Source: Octopus sinensis
Lineage: Eukaryota
Length of the DNA stretch: 64,000 nt
NCBI RefSeq assembly: GCF_006345805.1
Contig: NC_042999.1
Location: forward strand, 143,344,001-143,408,000
Reading direction: 5' to 3'
The number at the start of each line of letters is the position of its first letter. Position 1 is the stretch's first letter. Under the pieces are notes generated by a model that saw nothing but the letters and a program-made list of their open reading frames with translations, searched no databases and was not told the origin of the DNA. Below are positions 1-14,254 of the stretch, piece after piece. The translations under genes were made by a program, and so were the position numbers.

Positions 1-905
1 GAAATTAAATGACAATATTAATTTAATGGTGGTTTGAATAGTTAAAGGAAACCAAGCGTGTATGTTGATCAAAGGCTTTCCCGCCATACCCATCTCGTAT
101 AGGACTGAACTGTCCAATGTACTTCACCATTCCCTTCTTTTACAGAATTAGAATTCTCAGGGATTCCCTCTCCGATTGACTTTTCTGCAGATATTTACCG
201 GCAAATATTCAAGCTGAACATCAACCGCATTAATCTCATCAACCCGGTAGACTTAAAAAGGTCATAGCCTTGCCCCCTTACTTTTACTTATATAAATGTG
301 GGCCAACGAGGAAGGCTAACGATAGCAACCAAATTCTCATCAAATTATACACCACCCATCGTTGAAAAAAAGATAAGCAAGCTATATCAGAACTGCTCAG
401 TTCGAAACGTTGCTATTCTAAGAACAGGTTTATACACAATATAAACAGTGTTGATCGCAAGACTAATTGATTAAACATAACACTATAGCATAGGCAGCAC
501 GAGCTCAACAGAATAGTTAAAAAGATCGCTTCGCAATTACGAGAACCCAGGTTTGATTCCAATGTGTGGTGTCTTGGATAGTGTCTTATATCATAGTCGA
601 CTCAACCACTGTGAGTGAAATTAGATAGCCGAAAACTGTGTCGGACGGGATATATAAATATAATTAAAGGCCAAATCAGTTAGCAGATAATTCAGTGGAC
701 GGATCAACTGAATACTCACCATGAAACAGACGTTGGTCAATTTACTTACAACGGAAGGAACAGCAAATAAATACCTAAACATGACATATAACAATTAAAT
801 TGAAAATGTAGATGAAGTATAACGCTTGCTTTTACAACAAAAGCCAACTTTATAGTTGGCTTTTGTTGCATATACTCAGCCTACACTCAGCACTTTGTTA
901 TTGAT

Positions 906-1032
<127 letters not shown>

Positions 1033-1958
1033 TGCCCGCCTGTTCTCTTCAACTAAGAATTGGATTAAACAAAATACGAGCCTTCATTGTGTGTCTGTGT
1101 TTGTATAAATGTGTACATGCACACACAGACACAGGCACATGGATTAATACGCGTACAAACACATTCTAGCTGTCAATCTTCATTTACTTCTCCCTCATCC
1201 GACTGATATTAGAAGCCTTGTGATCAACCCAATTAACACCTAATGCAACAAGTCTCAACTTGCTAAGTTTGGAACACCTCACTGTCAATATTTTGCGTGC
1301 AAAGGTATGTATATTTTGTTTCTTTTTCTGTTGTCTGTTTTCGCTTTGTTTATATTTATCATTACTATGCCAACGGAGTGCATGTGTGTGTGTGTGTGTG
1401 TGTGCATGCATTGGTACTATGCCAACGGCAGACAGCCAACTGACCCCCGTCCAATGATAGCATGAGTGACTATGGTGTATCACAGCCTTATTGAGAAATG
1501 TCGTCGTATCGGAAGTGGATGCAGACGGAAGCTTATGGAGGAAATTGCTTCCTTTGACAGTCGAGAGCTTGTAATAAATGTTTGTGCGCATGTATGTATG
1601 TATGTATGTATGTATGTATGTATGTATGTATGTATGTATGTATGTATGTATGTATGTATGTATGTATGTATGTATGTATGCGAGTATGTGTGTATGTATG
1701 TATCGATATCTATACACACACGCACACGCATACACATGCATGCATGCGTACATACTCACGCACGACGCACACATGATTGTCCATGCATTAAAGCTAACGT
1801 ATATGTAAGCATCAGTGCACACATGAAAATATCTCTCTCCTATGGTGTAGAGCTCTATGTGTGCATGAGTTATGCATGGGTGCACATACAAGAATATATG
1901 CAGTCATACATGCATAGGCATATACTCTCATACATACATACATACATACATACATACA

Positions 1959-1994
<36 letters not shown>

Positions 1995-3018
1995 TATATA
2001 TACATATATAAATAGACCTGTTAAGTTGCATAAGAGACTCAAGGGCCGGGTGTTTTGCATTGCAGTTATTACATGATGAGCACGATGCACGAAACTGTCA
2101 GCTCTTGAATCACTTACATAAGTTTACGGCCGTAATCACATCGATGCACGGATTCAAGTATAGCTCAATGAATGTACACGCACAAACACACACACCCACA
2201 CGCTCCAATATACCCACATTTCCATATTGCGCTAACACATGGTGTCACCTCAAAGTCTGTAACAAGACACGAATTAGAAAATGCGTTTTCCTAAACCAAA
2301 CTTATTTACCTCCTCCAAGTTTTATATATATAGCAAATCACTTGACTGATCTAACAATAAGTGATTATCCGTATTTACCTGAAGAAGAACTGGATATTTA
2401 TTTTCCGTGAAAAATTCATTGAATTGATTTTCGTTTGCCTTCTCTAGTTTCTTCTGCTTTCAATGGGGGATTTGATTACAGTATTCAAGCTGATGAAAAC
2501 ACTTTTCAATTGCATAGTGCCCTTGCAGTTTATAGTGGCGACGGATACCTTCCCACCATATTTTCTTTCAACTGGACTCGGTTTTAGAGAGTAAAATATG
2601 TATTTCTATTCATGTTGGCCATCGTCGATGATAGGACGCAAGCCATCGACCTATTGAGCGGGTAGATTAGCAACCAAACTACTTTGATCGCTGCCTAAAT
2701 CACAGTAAAATGCCCTCACCACAAACTGCTGGTATTATGTAGATTCATATGATTTTAGAGTTAGAGATAATAAGGAAATCTTAAATGGGTACTTAACGAG
2801 GAAATGATATAGCAAGTCTTCGCAACGAAAAAATCCGTTTTGTTCATTTTTATTTTTTTTTAAAGTAAATCAGCTTTTTAGTAGAAGTAGTGTTATGTAT
2901 TCAAGTAAATAAAGACTTGCGTTAGCTTCATAGATTACAGTATAACTTGATAGACTAAATAGATTATTTACGAATGATATATATATATATATATATCTAT
3001 ATATATATATATATAATA

Positions 3019-3060
<42 letters not shown>

Positions 3061-3076
3061 ATATTATATATGTATG

Positions 3077-3142
<66 letters not shown>

Positions 3143-3143
<1 letters not shown>

Positions 3144-3320
3144 GTCGCCATGATAGATCGTTAGCCACTACACACATTTTTTTCTCTCTCTTTGTTTTTT
3201 CTGTGTCCCTTTCTGTAGAAGAGCGTAGGCTCGAAACGTAAAAGACTTTTTCTATTCCTGAGCGTTATACTAATACATCTTTTTGTTTTGTACACCACCT
3301 GTCTTCGTCTTTTGTTTTTT
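3143..3320 (+). mobile_element. Probable Penelope-like element terminal repeat fragment carrying a degenerate minimal hammerhead-like motif
   Basis: cttt-ctgtagaa-gagc-gtag-gctc-gaaa-cgta-aaag at 3209-3244. A downstream cctgagcgt..taatac block recurs inverted at ~41305-41330. Inserted in (TA)n/(CT)n. Confidence 0.55.
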
Positions 3321-3328
3321 TTCGTAAA

Positions 3329-3386
<58 letters not shown>

Positions 3387-3789
3387 ACACACAAACACAT
3401 ACATATCTGCTCGCTGAAGTAAATCGGTTAACATCGTAAGTAACATAGTCCCACAATTATCTTCACTTTGTGTCCACTGGAAATCGTGATACCTAATCGG
3501 TTGCCAAACGAAACTCTGGTATTGACCTGATGAACCGATATACGAAGGGTATCTAAACAATGCAATATTTTACAAAATGCTAGTATTTATTCCGATATAT
3601 AGGATACTCTTAACATGTTATCGTTGCTTAGCTCTAGATTCGCCAAGATCTAGTCACAGCCATGCTTGACCAAAGACCGGTGTCGAATGGGTTAATATTT
3701 CAAGTGAATTTTGGTTGTGGCATCATGACTACAACTTACCCTCAAAATTCTATTTCCATATTAAACGCAACTGTTTATGCATAGTTCAT

Positions 3790-3925
3790 GAAGGTGTACG
3801 ACCTAGTAGCTAAGATGATCGGCTGATGATCATGAGGTTGAGGGTTCAATTTCTGCACCGGGCCTTAAGATGTACCCATGAGCAAGACATTTTATTTCAC
3901 ATTGCTCAAGTCTACTAAGTTATAA
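3790..3925 (+). mobile_element. Old SINE with body2
   Basis: gagggttcaatttctg B-box-like motif and atgagcaagacattttatttcacattgctc body. Confidence 0.55.
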
Positions 3926-4931
3926 TATGAACCAGCATGTTGGTGCAGCGGCCCTTATCACTGTTCACCTGTTACATCTGGATATTCCGTATTGCTCAAA
4001 GGTGAAGGGACTAAGATGTCTATGTCTACACTCTACCAAGTCATATTTGCTTTCAGGTAACGGCTGGCTCTATTTAATGGGTTTTTTTTCTGTTGCAGTT
4101 GATCCATCTTTCTAGCACAGTATGGAAGTAAGAAGATAGCTGGGAATATTACTGTTGTTTCATTTTCTGCTATTAATGTTTAGAAGCGACGGATTAGCAG
4201 AGTCGCTTGAACGTTGATATTTATTCTTTACAGAATTTTTCTTTTAATTTTCCGTCTTAAAAATAGAGTACCAGTAAAGAGTTGCGGTCGAAATAATCGA
4301 CGTTTTGCTCTCCCCAAATCTGCGGCCTTGTGCCGACCTTTCAAATCAATATTTTTGTTATTGTTATGATTGTTACTATCAACAATGTCAGAAATAACAA
4401 CTACAATAACACAAGCAGAATTAACAATATATACTCAATATTAATCAAAAATAGTCACAAGAAAATCAAGGACTTAGTTTCATAGCAGCTTTGATTGAGC
4501 ACGGGGGTGGTGCAAGAAGGGAAACGGCAGATCATAGCGATGATGATAACGGATGTATTGAAATTAGTGGCAAAAGCAATGCTGTTTATGTGGTTTTAGT
4601 GACGTAAACTCAGCTGAGAATTCGGTCTGAGATAGTGGGATGTAGTTTTGATGTTAGTGGTTGCAGAGGCTGTGTGGGTAGTAGTGGTATTGGGGGGGGG
4701 GGTAGTGTTAGTATTGGTCGTGATGATGTTGACAATGCTGAGGTGTTGGAAGCGGTGGGTGATGGTGCGAAGATTGAAGGAGTGGTGGCAAATTTGTAGA
4801 TACACTACTTCAAAACCACATACACACAAAATATCACACACATACACACACACACGTACAAATACGCACATGCGCATACGAACACACACACACAGGCATA
4901 CACATACTCAAGCATACTTATATACATATGC

Positions 4932-4962
<31 letters not shown>

Positions 4963-5063
4963 CATATCTTTCTTGTTGATTCCAATTTTTTCACTTATAT
5001 ATGTATGTATGCATGTATATGTATATATGTATGTATATATGGATATATATGTACATATGTACG

Positions 5064-5097
<34 letters not shown>

Positions 5098-7033
5098 CAT
5101 ACCCACATATACATATTGATATCGACAAATATATATGTGAAAGTGTGCATGTATCTATATATACTTTCATACTTTCATACATACACACTAAAGTACTTCG
5201 AAAAGGATAGTACGTAAGTATATGTGTGTGTGTGTGTGTGTGTGTACTATACATGCATACACCCAACATATGCACACCTGTGCATATGTGTCTGAACAAA
5301 AATTCATTACGTGAGAGAAATGTAAATAGTTCTTTTTAATACAGCCATGTATACACACCTACACACACCTGTTTTATTTTATTTCAAGACGACCTTGTTA
5401 CCGCAACGTAGGCCTTTGGATTTGATTCTGTTGGATTACTGGCAGCAGCGACTGTTAATTACACACCATAATATAAAACAAAGACAAAAAAAATTTTCGT
5501 CTTGTTTTTCCTGGAATATGAAGATATTGCAAGTCAAAAGTAAAATAACTGAAAACCATTAATTAGGAGAGATTGGTAGAATGCACGAGTCTGTGATAGT
5601 GGTATTTGGGTGTGTGTTTGTGTGTGCTTACGGCGAAGAAGAAAAATGTATCACGAACGTAATCAAGGAAATTTTATGGCGAGAGATTAAGACTGGATAT
5701 TGAAACTGTCATGCAAAGCATTGCATGTCAAGTACAAAACGCATAACACGATACACATACTTATATACACACACATACATGCACACACATACACCCATAA
5801 ATAAATATATGCATTCATATATAAAGCTTAATTAGAAATATACAGGAGATAGATAAATAGATAGACAGACACACAGATAGATAGACAGATAGGTAGATAG
5901 GTAGATGGTAGGTAGATAAATCTAGAAAGAGGTAGATAGATGGGTAGAGAGCAGTAGAGATAGCATGAAAAATATATTCTAGGGAAAAGAGGAATATAGT
6001 AAGTAAATAAAGATCAAAGTCATGAAGAAGCGCAAATACTCACTTAAGGATACCTACATACATACATGCACGCACACAAACATGATTTAAAAGCATGCGC
6101 ACACACAGACACTGTAATGGATCGGGACACAAATTTGGCATACAAATGTGAAAACTTGAGAGAGAGAAGAGAGAGAGAGAAAGAGAGAGAGTGATGGCGA
6201 GAGAGAAAAGGAGAGAGAGAGTGAGTGAGTGACAGAGAGAAAGGGGGAAGGGAAAGACAGAAAAAGAAAGGGAGTGAGAAGAGAGAGATAAAGGAAAAAA
6301 GAGTCGTGGAATGAGCTGAGCAAATAAATGTCAAACGCACCTTCAGGAATAGAAACTAATAAGTCTTTCGCAAACATATATACTCATATGAACATACACA
6401 CACATGCTCGCACGCATACACATATATACGAACACACACACACACACACGCACGATTACACACACATATGAACATACACACGCACACACACGCACAAACG
6501 CGCGCGCGCGCATACACATATATAAACACATTTACGCGTGCACGTTTACACACGCATAGAAACATGCATTGACTGAAGCAGACGATACAGATTGCTACAA
6601 ATCTGTGACGTGTCAACAATGAATTGGTCCAAATCTTCGTGATCGTTGTTGAACTTCCCAAAGATGGACAAATTTCGACCTGCCTTGATAACAAATACTG
6701 CTTAGAACAAGCAGTATTTGTAGAAACAACAACTCGCTCCAATTATGGACTTGAGAAAAAGTGAAAAAAAAAACTGACATGCCAGCTGTCATGGGCTCTA
6801 GTCTCCAAAGATATTGTGAAGCAGATTAGGAGGGTGCAAAATTGAAAAGAAAGAGATATAACAACAAACTGAAGATATGAAACTCAAGGAGGGACATGGA
6901 AATTTATAGGAAGAGAAGAGGAAAATGTAGAACTAGAGATTATATGAGACAGAGGGATGGCGAGAAACTAAGAAAGAGAGAGGAATATAAACAGAATACA
7001 GAGTGATAGATTAGACGTACAGGTGAAGAGACG

Positions 7034-7092
<59 letters not shown>

Positions 7093-7093
7093 T

Positions 7094-7149
<56 letters not shown>

Positions 7150-7396
7150 CTGAAATATGAGTATCGGTAAAGTAGATTTATAGCTATTAATGGATGGCTA
7201 CTCAGGTACATATGTCGTCGTCGTTGGCTGTCCGCCGTAGTCGACGTTGACTGAACAAAACGCCCTTTGGACAGTGAGTAAGGTATTTGGCATCGTCTCC
7301 CCACCAGACTGCGTCTCTGGGCCTCCATAACTAATTCCGAGTGGTGTACAATGAGTGCGGTACATTCGAAATATAGAAATATTCATATATACACAT

Positions 7397-7858
7397 ATAG
7401 AATAAAAGGATAAAACAGCAAACAACTAGAAACAGGTCAGATTGGAACATTTATACATTTAAATATGAAAGTTGAGTTGTTACAGTATATATATCACAAG
7501 AAGTCGATAAAAGGTCAATTGAAGAATGTTCATAATGGTCATTTGTATATCTTAATATAAGATAGGTCCGGATTATTGGTATTAGGTAAAGCTGGTCATC
7601 GTAGATGAGAAGAAATGAGGAAAGGAGAACTTCCATCTTTCTTCACATCTACCTATGGATTCTACCTGCGATGACTAGCTTTACCTAATATCAATAATTC
7701 GGACTTGCTGTATAATGATTATGAACGTTCTTCAACTGATCATTTATCGACCTCATGTGATGTATACTCCTGTAACAACTCATCCCCCGTATTTAAATAT
7801 ATCAATGTCATAATCTCACCCGATACAAGCTGCTTGCCTTTTTATTCCTTTATTCTAT
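7397..7858. repeat. Long imperfect palindrome (~210-bp arms, ~65-bp spacer)
   Basis: Revcomp of 7397-7605 aligns to 7662-7858 (e.g. gatgaccagctttacctaataccaataatccggac vs gatgactagctttacctaatatcaataattcggac), roughly 80% identity by eye. Confidence 0.9.
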
Positions 7859-7965
7859 TATACACGTGCCTACTCAACTGAAACACTGCCCGTAGCCAAA
7901 CTTCACTTGGCAACTGTAACATTCCTGCTTTTTTAGTTGCAGTTCAAGTTGGAGTTTCGGCAGCA

Positions 7966-8018
7966 AGCCAATCAGCAGTAATTTATGTACCTATTACGTC
8001 ACGTCACCTGACGTAATA
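7966..8018 (+). promoter_or_regulatory. CCAAT box plus paired CRE/ATF-like sites
   Basis: agccaatcagc (7966-7976); tattacgtca (7992-8001) and tgacgtaata (8009-8018) form a 10-bp inverted repeat; consensus donor gtaagt at 8195-8200. Confidence 0.4.
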
Positions 8019-8457
8019 TTATCCGAATTCTACACCAAGACACGCACACACGCATACACACGCACGCACACACACACACGCACATACACACACTATGTAA
8101 TTTCGCGTTTGGCTTAAAAGCAGTACACGGTACCAGAATTTTCGACTCTAGTCAAGTACAACAAACTATTCCAAATTATTGCTAGAGTATGTGCGTAAGT
8201 GGAGTCAGGACAAGTTAGTTTGTGCTTGCATCAAGTCATACCAAATAATAACATTTTCAAAGTATTTAAAATCTACGTTTCAGATATTGCGTAATATATA
8301 ATAAGAAAAACATCCCCTTACGCAAGACCTTCATTTCAAAATATTTCAACTGAAGAAAATCTTGCATATGGGGATATATTAAATATTATATATCATGCAA
8401 ACTCTGAAAAGAACGTATTAAATGCTTTCAAAATATTATCATTCCGTTTGATTTCAT

Positions 8458-8492
<35 letters not shown>

Positions 8493-9303
8493 ATGTTTTA
8501 TTTGTTTCAGTCATTAGAATGCAGCCAAGCTTTGGAGAATTTTAGTCGAATGGATCGACCCAGTACTTACTTGCTTGAGCTTGGTACTTATTCTATCAGT
8601 TTATTTTTCAGAACCGCTAGTTACGGGGACGTAAACACACCAACACCGGTTGTCAAATGGTAACGTGGGACAATCACAGAAACAAAGAGATACACACACA
8701 TACACACACATACACACGCAAGACGGGCTTCTTTCAATTTCCAACTACCAAATCCACTCACAAAGCTTTGACTGGTCCGAGGCTATAGTAGATGATACTT
8801 GCCCGAGGTGTCACGCAGTGGTACTGAACCCTTGTCTTTCACTTTTTCGAGATCGATAAGATAATTTTTAGTCAAGCAGTGGGGGTCGAAGTAATCGGTT
8901 TACCCCCTGCCCCAAACTTGCTGGCCTTGTGCCAAAATTTGAAACCGATTTAACGTGTAAGTGGCTGAACATTCTACAGACCTGTATATTCCTTATGTAA
9001 TTCTCAGGTGGAGTCAGTATAACAGTATGACAAAACTGGAAACTTAAATTACTCTTATAATCCTTTTGACGAGGTCCATGCTATTTCCGTCAAAAGAATT
9101 TAACTAAAAATGTTCCGGTAACTGATGCTATGGTAAAAGACACTTGCGTAAGATGTCACACCATTGGATCGAACCTGATACCTCGTGATTGCCAAACGAC
9201 CTCTTCAATCACCCAAGCTATATACGTGGAAACAAATTGAGAGAGCGTAGATGTTTCATGGCAGAAACATTATCAGTTATGTGGATCACACACACACACA
9301 CAT

Positions 9304-9364
<61 letters not shown>

Positions 9365-9662
9365 CACACACATATACACTCACATCAACAACTATTTATA
9401 ATGTTTAAAAGCTGTGCAGCTGACGTGAAGAACAGAAGTGCGAAAGTGTGATTTAGAGAAATATTTGTTAAAATTCGGTGAATGTTAATAAATGTTTGTC
9501 TCGTATATTTACTGCTAAATTCCATCTTAACTGACTGCTTATTTCAACAGAGAGTAATTAGATAGATGGAAAGATAGATAAATAGATAAATAGATAGATG
9601 GATACTCAGGTAGGTAGATGTGACGCCGAAATTTAAGAGCCTTCTTTGTAATCGAGTTTTCT

Positions 9663-9695
<33 letters not shown>

Positions 9696-11023
9696 ACCTC
9701 TCTCTCTCTCTCTCTCTCTACCTCTCTCTCTCTCTTTCTTTCTGTGTGCATGTGTGTTTTTCTCTTAGTCTTATTTCACCCTCTTTCTGCAATAGATTTC
9801 TCTCTCATGGTGACCCCTATATTGTTTCTTCCTCTTTACGCCCTCTATAATGAAGCTCTTTCTCTCTGAGAGCTCTGTGTATTTGTGTTGTATAATTGAA
9901 ATCTTTTATGAAATTTCTTGAAGTCATTATAAGGCAAGTATGTCTCCTTATTGCTATTGTTTTAGTTTTTACTGTTACTCTGATATTGTTGTTATTGTTT
10001 TACTACACTTCACTAATCCTTTCTGTCTTAAGTCTAGTAGGGGGATACGTGACATGATGGACGTCCTAATCCATTGGACAACATGCCTAAACATATGGGA
10101 TTGTCACGGCTAGAAAGCTAGCTGTCCAATAATATTTGTTTTATTTCTCAGTTTGGGAAGAAGAACGAGGAAAATGAAGAAGCGAGTTAGTCACTTTAGT
10201 TCTTTTTAAACTGCGGTGGTGATGGGAGGGTGACGATTGTGTGAGCTTCGGAGATAAGCGTTAAACTTCCAGTAAAACTGTGACACAAATATATTTTCCC
10301 GGTGAACCTTCTTTACTTCACATTCTCCACATACTCCATCCGTATTCAACAGTGGAGAGAAGAGTGGATTCTGTGCCAGGTTGACTTACGCTTGACACAT
10401 TACAAGGAGACGAACCTTTTGTGGTAACTCAGATATTAGAATTATGGGAACATTGAAAGAAAAAATTGCATTGAAGAAAAAAGAAAGAAAATAGGTTTAA
10501 CTAAATATAATCAGTGAGAATCGTGGTCGATGAAATTATTTCAGTAATCCCTTCTACTGTAGGCACAAGGCCTGAAATTTGGGGAAGGGGACTAGTCGAT
10601 TACATCGACCCCAGTGCGTAACTGGTAATTAATTTATCGATCCTGAAAGGATAAAAGGCAAGGTCGATACCGGCGGCATTTGAAATCAGAACGTAAAGTC
10701 AGACGAAATACCGCGACGATAGTGCGACGAATATTTTGACACTAAATAATAAAGGATTAAGTGCAGTTTGTAGATTTTGTGCGTCTTTGAATGACTAAAT
10801 TGTGGCAGTAATTGTTTCAGATCAAATCATTTGTAAGACAAGTACAATTGCGAAATAATAGACTGTTCAATTAAGAAGTAAATGGTGATAATCAAAATGT
10901 TTTTATGCGTTCTTTATTGGCTAAAATGGATTTTCTAAAATGTAATTGTTTCAGATTCAGCGTTGGGTGACAGATCAAATCACTTGCAAAACAAGTAAAA
11001 CTCTCTCTGTATCTTTCCCTCCC

Positions 11024-11098
<75 letters not shown>

Positions 11099-11137
11099 TA
11101 TATATATAATATATATATACATATACATATATATATA

Positions 11138-11176
<39 letters not shown>

Positions 11177-11724
11177 TACATTCACACTCATCAAATTGGG
11201 ATAAAAAAAAAAAAAACAATGATTGAATTGAAAACAGTATCTCTCTTGCGTACAAGAGAAAAATGCGTTTTAGCATCGAAAGTGAAGGGAGTGTGGGAGT
11301 GGCTTTCCCCTTCTATATAATTTATGACATGTAATAATGAAAAATGGTGATTTGACGTGACTTACTATTGATTTCATGCTTTGGCACAAGACCAAATCTT
11401 ATGTTAATAAATAATGTTTGTATATTATGTCTTCGATAAACGGCTCCTAATCTATAGGTAAGGTAAATGAGATATAATCTGTATTAACTTAAGTGAGAGC
11501 AGTGGAAATGACCAAGTCAGAGTACTTTATTTCCAGCATATTGTTTCGTCCGTCTATGTTCTCAGTTGAAATCTTGTTTTCAAAGTGTGAAACAAAAACT
11601 ATTTATGAAATCACCAGAATGTAACTGTGCTTAGCTCAATCAGTTGTACATTTTTAATTGTTAAAAAGAAACCGTTCATATATCTGAGAAGTTGCTCGAT
11701 ACTTTTGTAGAGTACGGATTTATT

Positions 11725-11835
11725 CTTAAGCAATAAAATTGTTGACAATGACTTCGAAGGCAGCAGACTGGCAGTCCGACAATGGCTTATCCGGCCGAAA
11801 CTTCGAAGTTATTGTCAACAATATTCTTGTTTAAG
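11725..11835. repeat. Short palindromic element; the arm recurs at ~45150-45221
   Basis: ttgttgacaatgacttcgaag (11739-11759) / cttcgaagttattgtcaacaa (11801-11821), 20/21 match; ttgttgacagtaacttcgaag at 45201-45221. Confidence 0.8.
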
Positions 11836-11849
11836 TGTGTATATATCTA

Positions 11850-11940
<91 letters not shown>

Positions 11941-12732
11941 ATACAGACATGTAAATGTGTATATGTACTTGTTAGGTACATACAGACACAAATATCCCGT
12001 TATATTTATAGTTTTGAAAACTTGTCTGATTGGTTTTCCTCTAAATGCTACTCCAACGAAACTATGTGCAAATGCACCGAAGATTAAATGCATAACTTTA
12101 TTCCAATATACAATTATGTATACATTTTTTTTTTATATTTCAGATTTAAATAGCCCACATTACGTTCTTTTGTATCTCTTTCAATGTATTTATATATACC
12201 CGTCTCTCTACACTTAGATGTAGACAGTTTTTCAAAGGAAACTAGGAGTGTCTTGTGTACATTTATACAAACATACACCTTTTTAATCTCCTGAAGATTT
12301 TTGCTTACTTTCAAAATGGTTTCTAATTTGATTCTTGGGAATTATTATAGAATTACTCTCTTCTTATTCTCCGACGAGAATTCAATTTCAACCAGACTTT
12401 GTCCTGGGCGATTTAGTATATATAATGTCATTATGATAGTATACAAAATATAACTTAGGCACATTTGGATTTGCAAGCTTATCATTGAATAAACATATGG
12501 CACGCTATTTGAAAGAGAGAAGTACACATGGTTTTTGCAGGACATCCTAACTGGCGAGGTCATGCAGCTGTCTGTATTAATGCTTGTAAGGAAAGTCTGG
12601 GATGACAATTCTGTAGGAAAGAAGGTTGAGTGGAGAAATTATTATGGAATTTCAGAAATGGTGGTCATTGTTCATATTTCAATCTGGATTTTGTTTAATT
12701 TTCCTTGTTTTTCTTTGCAATATTTAAAAAAC

Positions 12733-12793
<61 letters not shown>

Positions 12794-13244
12794 CGAGTGT
12801 GGGAGCAGTGCATGCCATAAAGTGACAGTGGGGTAAAATATACGAAGCCCAGTATACCCATCCTAACTACCCGTCTGATAAGGGTACACCAAGCATATGC
12901 ATCACAATCATATGTGCGCGACATGATGATCTCATATCAAGAATAAAGGTTGTTTGAGGATGTTGAATGAAACACCCATGTTTCCAGAGCTGAATTATCT
13001 AAACCCTCCAACTCTGGACTATGATGCTCCCCCACTACTTCTGATCGTGACCAGACATGCAAATATCATCAGCAACTAAGGGACATGCTCGACTGGTTGA
13101 GATCAGGCAACTGACAAGCAAATCTGTGGTATTGAGCAGAATATTTGCTGTAGCCCATCTTTTATGCCAAGACAAAACAATGTACATGGATAACACTTCC
13201 AATCAATTAAGATCAAAAGCCATGAGAGCCACTGTCTCGTACTG

Positions 13245-13246
<2 letters not shown>
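12794..13246. mobile_element. ~500-bp (ATT)n-associated non-coding element, copy 1 (both ends present, internal deletion)
   Basis: Aligns by eye with copies 2-4 (gcagtgcatg..aaagtgaca.tggggtaaaatatacgaagcccag...gccatgagagccact); (ATT)n on both flanks. Confidence 0.85.
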
Positions 13247-13316
<70 letters not shown>

Positions 13317-13444
13317 CATTATTATTATTACTATTATTATTATTATTATTATTGTTGTTGTTGTTGTTGTTGTTGTTATTACTATTATTATTATTATTAT
13401 TATTATTTTATTATTATTATTATTATATTATTATTATTATTATT

Positions 13445-13560
13445 ATCTTGATATCACCATCTTTCTCTACGTTTTCCAGGCTTCATCTTGAATACTGCTG
13501 TCTACTGCGGTCTCTTTACACAAATCAAAACATTATGAGAATTGAAGCAACCAGGATCGA
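13445..13560 (+). mobile_element. CR1/L2-group LINE remnant
   Basis: SRLHLEYCCLLRSLYTNQNIMRIEA resembles the RPHLEYC..WSP...I..IE motif. Confidence 0.55.
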
Positions 13561-14254
13561 TCACAGTAAATGAATAAATGAAAACTGTAAATAAAAGACA
13601 TGCCTTGATTTTTGAGATCTTTTCAAAAAAAGCTTAAATTTTAATGCTTCTAACGTCATCATGCACACTATATCAACTATACAAAGTTAAAACATTTCTT
13701 CAACATTGTACAAACGATGCGAGCGTCAAGTTCCCAAGTTACCCAAGACGAAGAACTCTACCAAACGTCACTTCACAGAAACCAAGCTCACATTACATAA
13801 CAACATTGCAACAAAACATTATTTTAGCATCAACTTGACCTACTACTCCAATATTATCTCCGAAAAAAAAATCATAGAAGAAAAAGCCCATAATATTCAA
13901 CGGATACCAAGACAAGTTCTTCAAAAAAATATTACACTACTGACTCCTGGGCACGTTTCGAGTCGTCGTGTATATGTATATGTGTGTGTGCGTGTATCGA
14001 TGTGTGAATTTATGTGTTTTTGTGTCTGTATTTGTTTTCTACCACCGCTTGATAACTGGTGTTGGTGTGTTTACTTCCCTGTAACATAGCGGTTTGGCAA
14101 AAGGGACCGTTAAAATAAGTATCAGGCTTTACAAAAAATACATAAATAAATAGATAAACTAAGTACCGAGGTCGATTCATTCAGCATGGCCGCAGTCAAA
14201 TGACTGAAACAAGTAGAAGATAAACGATACAAGATGGCGTTTCAAAACATTGAC

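Noticed and set aside
3520-3560. ctgatga hammerhead core
   Set aside because: No GAAA and no closing stems.
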